Below are positions 48,175-64,000 of a stretch of DNA of 64,000 nt, one piece after another. Made by a program: the position numbers and the translations under genes. Each line of letters opens with the position of its first letter. The stretch's first letter is position 1. Source of the DNA: Schmidtea nova (taxonomy: Eukaryota). Location: assembly GCA_044892505.1 (NCBI GenBank), contig CM097883.1, positions 446,028,001 through 446,092,000 on the forward strand, given 5' to 3'. The notes under the pieces are model-generated. The model did no database searches, had not been told where the DNA came from, and was given only the letters and a program-made list of their open reading frames with translations.

Positions 48175-49505
48175 CCCCGGCCTACCAAAAGTCTTCAGTC
48201 AGGCAAATATTTACAACCTGCAGTTTAAAATGAACGTCTGCAGTGCAAATATGAACAGCAATGGGAACAAAGGTCACCAACACCTTCAACATGCTGAATG
48301 TGTACATGTACGCACGCACACACTGACACACACAGATACATACAGAATATGACTACTCACACAAGAAATACAACAGTGATAACAGTAAGGATTGTCATTT
48401 TCGTAGAATATGGTTACTTGGAGAGAGCTTACAGACTTTCAGAAAGGCATTATTTACGGATGTTATCTTTGTGGAAAAAGTAAAACTGCTGCATTGACTG
48501 GCCATCCTAAAGGAACTATTAACTACTTTCTGAGGAAGTACCGCCAGGAGCAGACAAACAACGTTCAGACCTCCCTAAACTTCTGAGCATCCGTACAGAA
48601 CAGCAGCTGAAACGACTTGTGGTGGCTCATCGTCGGTTACCCCTGTCAAAGTTAGTGTTCACATTTAACACTGGCCCTGTGCATGCTAGCATGTCCACCA
48701 TTCGTCGCTCTTTACATTTTCATGGTTTCTATGGCAGATCCTAAGCAAGGAAGCCTTTGATTACAGAAACAATTCATCGTCGTCGCTTGAAGTAGTGCCG
48801 GGAGAGAAGGAGTTGGACAGTAGAACAATGGTGCTCAGTCATTTGGAGTGATGATTCACGTTTCACTCTTCAAATCTGATGGACAGCAATTCTACTGGCG
48901 TCGTGTAGGAGAATAATTTCAACCTGACTGCATTCAGCCAACTGTGAAATATGGAGGAGGCTCCATCATGTTTTGGAGTCTTTTCTCAGCTCGTGGAAAT
49001 GGCCCTTTAGTGAAGTGCAGTAATCACATGACGTCAGTGGAATACCGTGCCATTCTGGAAAATGAGCTTGTTTCCTTTCTCCCAGAAATTGATGGGCTCA
49101 TTTTCCAACAGGATAATGCGCCAATACATACCTCGCACATTATGAAGGAATTTTTTCTGCAGCACAGCATCAAAGTTTTGGATCTTAATCCTATTGAGGG
49201 GACGTCCTTGGTAGACGAGTTCGCAAAAGGATTATCATTGCCAGTAACACCTCCAAACTGGAAAGGCATCTCCTCGAGGAATGGTCACACATGTCCCCTG
49301 ATTTTCTGGCAAAAGTGGTCGATACAATTCTTAAACGAGCGCGCCTTGTTATCTAGATGAAAGGTAATATAATGAAGTACTAAATCTCTTAGCACTACAG
49401 ACATTCAATATTCGTGTGTGTTTGTGACATTTGTCCCCATCGCTGTTCACTATAAACTGCAATATGTAAATAACTGCATGACTGGAGAAATTTGGTAGGC
49501 CTGGG
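48175..49505 (+). mobile_element. Tc1-like (DD34E) transposon, full length but decayed, 1331 bp
   Basis: TIRs ccc(c/a)ggcctaccaaa with TA flanks; VIWSDDS, VKYGGGSIMFW, FQQDNAPIH and DLNPIE, with stops and a small deletion. Confidence 0.92.
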
Positions 49506-51049
49506 TATGTGAGCGTCAATAAATTTAATATCAATAGACACTAAAAATCACTATATATCTATCTTAGCATTAATTTTTCATTAATTTGGTGTTTTCTCTG
49601 CCGATCGAGTGCGTGGGTATGTTTTGTTTTGTTTTGTTTTTCATTGATAATTTGTAATGTATATTTGATTTAGTTATGTTCATTGGTAATTTTTAACAGA
49701 TATTCGAAGGCCTCTCGGCTGACTACTTCGGGGGTTGGGTTGATGCGCCGACTTTGAACTAAATTTGGGAGGGAGAAAGGGGGAATACGAAGGAGTATTC
49801 ATCGCTTGGTGGAATTATTTTTGGATGAATTAAAGTAGATAGAAACATTTTATAAATTGATATATAAATATTTGAAAATGAATAAAGGTTGATTGTTAAT
49901 ACCAAGGGCTAAAGATAAGTAAGAGGTAATTACGCGTAAGTCCATCTATCAGTAGCAAGAACCCGAAAGAGAAAATATAGTGAAGAGTAGTTTCGGCAAC
50001 GGAGCTCACCTGCTCACTAGATTCTCGCAGCCATGTACAGTACCGACATAGTTAGTTAGGGAATAACTATGGGTACACGATTGTGGTAGATTAATATTTT
50101 TTTGTGGCATGGGTTGCATTAATCCCTAGAAATCGTTAATACGTTTTATAACAACACCCATACTGCCAAACAAAAGTATATAGGATATTAAGTCATAAAT
50201 AGTAGGCAAATGAACAACATTTCATAAGTCAGTTGAGTTTGGGAGAAAACGATAAAAAAAGATGCATCTGTTGGGTTTAAATTAACTCAAATAGTAATCG
50301 TCGGCTTTTCTGACTCCTTGTGCTCTATAAATCAATAACTAATAACACTCCCAAAGTATATTTGTTTGAAATTAATACAATCTTTGACACTTCAATAATT
50401 ACACAATAATGATAGACGTCACAATTATTCGATCGAGTGTAGGGACAGGCCCTTAGGCCTTAATTTTTGATAAAGGCATCTATAATAATAAAATAATTCA
50501 AAAGTTTATTTTTAGAAATTTTTTATTACTAAAAATAGAATAGATATTATAAAAAAATACTAATTTTAAATAAAATATATTAATAGTAATTTATATGTAA
50601 CTTTTTATATAAATAGTAATTTATATTTAATTATAATTTATTTATAGTAATTAGTAATATAATATTTTAATATATAAGTTAGCAAAATTTACTGTGAAAT
50701 CAGAAATTTAATTTGGATAAATTATCCGGTAAGTCAATTCGGTTTAGATAAGCCAATTACGAATACAACCCGACACGAGTAGTATAAAAGCAGAATTCAT
50801 TTTGGGAATTTAAGTTCATCGTAACTAGTTCTGGGTAACACAACAAGGTGAATAATTCTAACAAATCGTATACAAGATAATAATATACAAGATAATATAT
50901 ATGTTGAGGATACCTAAATAACAATTTACTAATAAATAAATAAAATTACCTGGGGGAAAATCATCATGACGAATGAAATGGCTAATGGGAACTCAGAAGA
51001 GAAAACGGAAATAAAAAGAAATGAGAAATGAGAAGGAGGAATCAGACAA

Positions 51050-51560
51050 AAGAAATCAGACAGGAAAATAAAAACAAAGGTCAGTACTAATTAATGAGTA
51101 CATAGGAAAAAGGAATTTCAAATTGGGAATAACAAAAATAACAACGACGAATTTATCTCGACAGCTTGTCAGAGAAAATGAAAGCAAAAAGAAAACAGGC
51201 CGAAGCGGCAAAAAGAAAATACAAAGTAGCCGAGTTGCTAAAAGCAGCATGGGAGTCTAAAGGAGTATGGGAAATGTCAGAAGCAGAAATGGAAAAAAGG
51301 CAAGTGGTCACGAGTGCCGAACTGCCAGGCGCAACATGGGAATTGCGTGGAAAGATGGAAAATGCCAGAGACAAAAGTGGCAAAGGCAAAGTGCCACAAA
51401 GGGACGAGATATAAAAGGAGGAAGCACAGCAGAAGCAGTCAGAATTTAAGCAGAATTTTGGCAGGAGTTTGGCAGAAATTTTGGGCAGAATTTTTGACAG
51501 AAATTTAGACAGAAATTTAGACAGAAGCGGAGACATAAGTGGAACATTGAGAAACAGAAA
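51050..51560 (+). repeat. purine-rich segment with short tandem cagaaattt(a/t)ga repeats, possibly the interior of an LTR element
   Basis: Repeats at about 51440-51530; only short Lys/Glu-rich ORFs. Confidence 0.4.
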
Positions 51561-54500
51561 TCAAATTGTTAAATTGAAGTTGGAAGAGAAAAATTGGGAA
51601 CTTGAAAAGAAGTGAAGTTAAGAGTCGAAGTGAAATACGAAAAGAAATTTGTTAATTGAATCAGTTGCAGAAAAGAATTTGTGTTGCGAAGGGCAAAGAA
51701 AGCTAAGCAGACTTAAAGTTAAAGCCAAAGAATATTGAGAAAGAATCAAGTCAAAGCGCGGAAACAATCGGAATCAATCACCATTATTAAATCCAATTAG
51801 TGGTTAGTAGTTATTGCTTTTCAAGACATTATACAGGTGAGCTATTCTTCACGAAGTGTCGTAATAAGCTCGTATAAGTGTCGGGAGATTTATTGAAATG
51901 ATTGTAATAATTTGAATTGTGTAAATTAGTGTAGTAATCAATAAAGCTTGTGTTATTGAAAGTGTTATTGGGGTCAAATAAAGGCACGCTTGGAGTCAGA
52001 TATTTGATTGGTAACTTTTACCATTTCNNNNNNNNNNNNNNNNNNNNNNNNNNNNNNNNNNNNNNNNNNNNNNNNNNNNNNNNNNNNNNNNNNNNNNNNN
52101 NNNNNNNNNNNNNNNNNNNNNNNNNNNNNNNNNNNNNNNNNNNNNNNNNNNNNNNNNNNNAGAAGGCATCGCATAACTTGCGGATTATTGAGGGATTGAT
52201 CAGTTGATCACGTTCTTATTATATCTGTAGTAAAATTTGTACACACTGATATTTAATAAAAGTATTTAAACAGAGAAGGAGTTTCTTTTAATTCTATCAT
52301 TTGATAGTGAGAGCAACCTAATTCAATAGCATAACGATACATACTTTGAAGTCAGAAAAAAAATTAATTAATAACTTAATCTCTCTTACTAGTTTATTTT
52401 TGTGCTAGTTTCAATCTTTTCCCTGTTGATCTTAACACGAGCTCCGCTGTGGAATATCTTGACCTTGTGCGCTTTTACAATAATAATCACCTTTTATACT
52501 AGTTTCCTCTTGATTGAACTATTTTTCTTTAATAATTTGGTTTTCTTTTGATTGAACTATTTTTCAGTTTATTATTTTATCTAACTATTTGCTTTTATTT
52601 AGCCGCTCCCTAAATCTTTCTATTTCTTCTAACTCTCTTTTCTTTAACCTAAGCTCTGTTTTTTCTCCCTAACTAAGGCAAGATGCCGATTGTTTTCGAT
52701 TGTTTTTTGTTTTTGTTTTCTTATATACTAGAATACTCATACTTATTAATTAGTTTTCGGTCAAATCACCTCTATCTGACAACGCTTTAACAATCCATCT
52801 TCATGAATATCCTTTGAGAATTATTAGTGATTGATTACGTTCTTCTGTTATCCCTTCATAAAAACCCATTTTGTTTATTCCCTTTACTCATACTGTCAAG
52901 ATTACGGCCTTCAAAATTTGCTTTGTTTACTCTTCTTGTTTGCCAAGCTCTGGCTTTCTTCATTGGTTGGACTCTCCATTACCTCGGGTTTCTCAACGGC
53001 TTGGGTTTCTCCTTAGCTCGGGTTTCTCATTAGGCAATTAATTAATTAATCAACGGTTTCTGGTTTTACGCATTTGCATGCTTTTAAACCATTTCTAAAC
53101 ATTTTCTGACCGATTTCTAATCACCTTCTCCTTCGCCATTAGCTAATCTATACTTATCCCGGTTTTCCACACTCAATTCCAATAAATTAATAATCTATTC
53201 ATTTCCATTCAAATTTTCACATTTTTACATTTCGAATCTAACTGTAACCTTTCCTAACTCTGTTTTTTTCATAATGTCTTTTGCCATCAGTTCTGTGCTT
53301 GATCAAAGTTTTTCTATCCATCTGTATTATTCAATTTCCTTTTTATTTGGGGTTAAAATTTTATTTAAAAATATTTTGGTTTACAGACCTCAACATATCT
53401 CCCCCAAAAAAAACTTTCGATGTATTCGGCATGATATTTTCCTTAGGTTGATACCTTGGTCAAATGGAGACATCTGAGAACTAGGGGTAACTGAAAGAAG
53501 TTGAATAGGATCTAAATTGTTAATGAAAACAGAAATATAATTGTTATGTTAAAAAATCCACACCAAATGGAAAGAGAAAACTCGAGATTGTCGAACGAAT
53601 CTCTTTTCAAAGAGGTAAAATTCATTGCGTAAGTTAAATAAATTATATTTTTCTGGTTTTTCACAAATGGGAATGTCCGAATCGAGTAAGACACTATCGA
53701 CATGATCAGATTATTGTTGATAGGAATACCGTAAATTCACAATCAAAAGTTAGTGTAACAAGATTTTAGAAAATTCACAAGAGTCCTTACTCAGTGTAAA
53801 TTGATTTTGCTAAATCTCTAAAGTTTTCGACAAGCGTTCCACGCCTGCAAGCTTTTGAACACTTCCACTCAAATATCGCCTCGCAAAACATTTTATGACC
53901 GTCATAGAAAATTTGACTCGTGGTAAAAATATTAATTATTACACGATGCAAATACAAAGTCTTGTATAAAGTATATTTCAAGTAAACTGAATAACTCCAC
54001 GAATTATAAGTGGAAACTGGTTAGAAAATATGATGCGGTAATTATCTAAGCAAAATAAAAACTCACAACACCGCAGGTGAACTGAAGTGTGGAATATTCC
54101 TGAGAGCAATTACAATAATTGCATCAGTAAATGAATCGAAAAGAATCATAGTAAATTTTGATGGAATCTAAATTCAACTAAATATATACAGTCCTATTGA
54201 GGGATATATCTGATATTAAAAAAATTACCAATGTTATATGAATGTTGGTACCAACTTTTGCAGAAATAGATGCGTCAAGCGACACAGAAATGGGAATTTT
54301 ATCACTTTAAGCTGAAACCAACGCAGAAGGCCAGTCACCTAGGAATACATCCAATCATGATATCCGCAGAGCTAAAAATACTGGCTGGATTAGGCCCGTC
54401 CTTAAAAAATGTCTTGAATGTTTTATCAATAAAACTTAATTGTCAACATTTATTTTGTTAAGTTGTGTATGAGTAGTTATAGTAAATAAGGGTGATGTAA

Positions 54501-54863
54501 AGTCAGAGCAATCATACGGAAATTCATGTGCTTATTAAATTCAAAATTGATTATAATGATTAAAGTGTTGATGAAGAATCTATAATTAAGTAGAGAGAGC
54601 TTAAGGGTCCCCAAAATTTGAATTAACTATATATATAATAATGGCTTTAATAATAAGTTTAATAATAAAAGATAAATTATTCAAAACTATAAAATTCCTA
54701 TGAAAATTTTGATGAAAAAAATTATCTAGAAAAATTTAAAAGATTTTTAAGAAAAATTAACTATAACAATACAATTAAACCTTAAATTTAAAAAAAATAA
54801 AATATATTTATTCTTAAATTAGATTTGTTTAACTTCACTGTTTCTATAGAAATAATAACTTAA

Positions 54864-61964
<7,101 letters not shown>

Positions 61965-62145
61965 GTTGAAAATTTTTTTTAATCATTGAGTTTTTATTTT
62001 ATTTATTATAATAATTTTTTTTATCAAATTAAATGTTTGGTTATTAATTATGCATAAACTCACAGAAAAATAATAAACTCGTAAACAAAAAAAATTAACT
62101 ACATTAAATAGCTTTTTCCAAGTGTATATTTCCACTTGGAAATAC

Positions 62146-62178
62146 ACACTTGATAAAGGCTGTGTCTAAATATCGTGT
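62146..62178 (+). ncRNA. isolated hammerhead-like motif copy (G12 mutated), preceded by a small hairpin
   Basis: acac-ttgataa-a-ggctgtgtc-taaa-tat-c-gtgt. Confidence 0.45.
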
Positions 62179-62646
62179 ATCGAACAACCAATAAAAATTT
62201 TGTTGACTTAATATGAAAATTATTGAATTAAAAAAAAAGATCTAAGATGAAACCAAAAAAATAATTATGATATAAATAATTATGATATAAAAAGCGATAA
62301 AAAGCCTTAATATAGAAAATATAATGTCGTATTTTATGATTTTGATTTAATTAATCAAAAATAAATCAGCAATGAATTATCCTAGCATGAGGTCAGTTTA
62401 TCCGAAGAATATTCACCAATTAATGGTTAAATATTTTTATATGAATTAAAAAAATTCATTTTTATAATCGAGTTCTTTTGATTTAACACGAACAGCGCAA
62501 ATTCTAAAACAAATTATTTTTTTAAAAATTTCACGAAAAAACATTTTAATAATCATAAGAGATTAGTGACAATTTTGTTCAAGAGATCACGCAAATAATT
62601 AAATTAGTCGAGCAAAAGATATCCTATATATTTCTAGTGTTGGTAG

Positions 62647-62942
62647 CAAGGCTTAATTTCGGCCGGAACAGTCCGGAACGCCGTTCCGGTTCTTTTTTAA
62701 ATTTTTTAAAAAATATTTTATGAAATTTTTCTTTTATATGAGGTTTTGTTTTTCCATTCCTATTTCTATCAACGAAAAAAATAAAATATAATTTTTTTGT
62801 ATAATCAAATATTTAAACTGAAATTAACTGTAAATATAGTCTTTAAAATAGCAATTTTGTTTAAAAAATAATAAATTAACAGTGTTAATTTAACACTATT
62901 TTTCCGTGCGTTCCGATTCTTTTTTTTAGAAATTAAGCCCTG
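62647..62942. mobile_element. hAT-type MITE, 296 bp
   Basis: TIRs ca(a/g)ggcttaatttc; 8-bp TSD gttggtag/gttggaag. Confidence 0.88.
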
Positions 62943-63217
62943 GTTGGAAGTGATATTTCAGTCTTGCGTGAACGGATGTTCCGTTTGTTATCAGAAAGTG
63001 ACACCGAAAAAAATTCTTGTTATTATTCAGTTAGAAATTTTTTTTTTCAAGTAAAAATTAACTTTAATAACTTTTTTAATATTTTCAATCGTTATGAAAT
63101 AGTATTATAATATTCCAACAAAAATCTTCTCGTGGTTTATTTATTATTACTGTTATTATTTTTGCTCATTTTTTAGATCCGGAAGAAATCTTATTTTTTT
63201 TCATATATACACGTATG

Positions 63218-63517
63218 CAGGCCTGGATTTACCCTTAGACTGAAAAGGCTGAAGCCTAGGGCCCCGACTGGCGGGAGCCCCAAATTTTGTATTATTATTA
63301 TAAAAATTTATTACATCTTTTAATTATTTGCAGATTAATATATTTCGAAAATAATATTACATTATGTAATATTATTTTTGAAATTAAATTATTATTTTAA
63401 CTATATAACAGCAGGAAACAAATTAACCTTTTTGTTTAAAAAAAATTATAAAAGTGCCCCTTAAAATTTTTAACCTTGGGCCCACTCAAGATTATATCCG
63501 GCTGCACAGTAAATCTG
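63218..63517. mobile_element. hAT-type MITE, 300 bp
   Basis: Left end caggcctggatttac; right end gtaaatctg (partly deleted TIR); perfect 8-bp TSD cacgtatg. Confidence 0.8.
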
Positions 63518-64000
63518 CACGTATGCATTAAGAGCGCATCTATCGTGTAACGACAGAAATAAGTGTCAATAACGTCGATTGCGTATTGATAAGTGCTTTA
63601 TATTCCTTACTTATTTTATTTCAAAAAAACATCCTACGCTAAATTTTAGAAAAAAGTAGATCGCGAAGAATTTTTATTGACAAAAGTAGGTCTTATGTAA
63701 AAATTGGTTGACAGCCCTAATAAATAAAGCGAGCTAATCATTACGAACAAACATTGGATTGAAGGTATTAAAGCTTGCTAGCAATAATTAATTTCAAGGA
63801 TCTTTTTGATAATTATAATTTGAAATAAAAGTTTATAGATGTTTCTTTCTGGGTAATTTTATGAAAGTCGAATGAAAGGAAGTTCAATAAATAATCGACC
63901 CCGGATTGATGGACAACAGAGTCTTTGGACCTAGCACGAATATATTGATTCTTTTGATTTGTTTGTAAAATTGATCTTATTCAATATATGCTGGCGAAAT

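Noticed and set aside
51166-51414. Lys/Glu-rich 82-aa ORF as a host gene
   Set aside because: Explained by purine-rich low-complexity DNA; no motif or splice support.
63170-63220. Candidate last CAPSL exon (ttttag|atccggaag)
   Set aside because: Does not encode the expected VTxEEFxNYY...SASID in phase 0.

Overview
AT-rich metazoan genomic scaffold with five N-gaps. Minimal introns of about 46-58 bp alternate with TE-stuffed 6.4-kb introns. A free-living flatworm is my guess only. Host genes: 5-oxoprolinase (first three exons, minus), an intronless divergent kindlin/fermitin, a 5-exon TRAF (RING-ZnF-coiled coil-MATH), calcyphosine-like CAPSL (four exons seen), an orphan 188-aa coiled-coil/basic-tail gene with a decayed paralog, and a DM9 pseudogene fragment. 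The rest is a dense mosaic of mariner, Tc1, Tigger/pogo, hAT, piggyBac, Helitron, Merlin-like, Gypsy and Penelope-like remnants. The standout is a 9.3-kb head-to-tail array (30039-39310, unit 7309 bp) of an intact two-ORF NeSL/R5-type non-LTR retrotransposon (Ulp1 protease, RT, CCHC, restriction-like endonuclease) in which every unit junction is a 5S rRNA sequence. The ORF2 stop codon lies at 5S positions 10-12. 5S nt 35-119 fold canonically and keep the internal Pol III promoter, while nt 1-34 are a collinear but degenerate 5S mimic. ORF1 and ORF2 are in the same frame, separated by one TGA, and ORF2 begins with one intact plus two apparently dead Ulp1-like domains. Second, the large CAPSL intron is built on a decayed tandem array of minimal type I hammerhead-ribozyme-like motifs (U3-A8 variant, palindromic helix III). 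The same motif recurs in an 87-bp-arm hairpin at 3896-4071 and elsewhere. All calls are by eye; no database searches were run.
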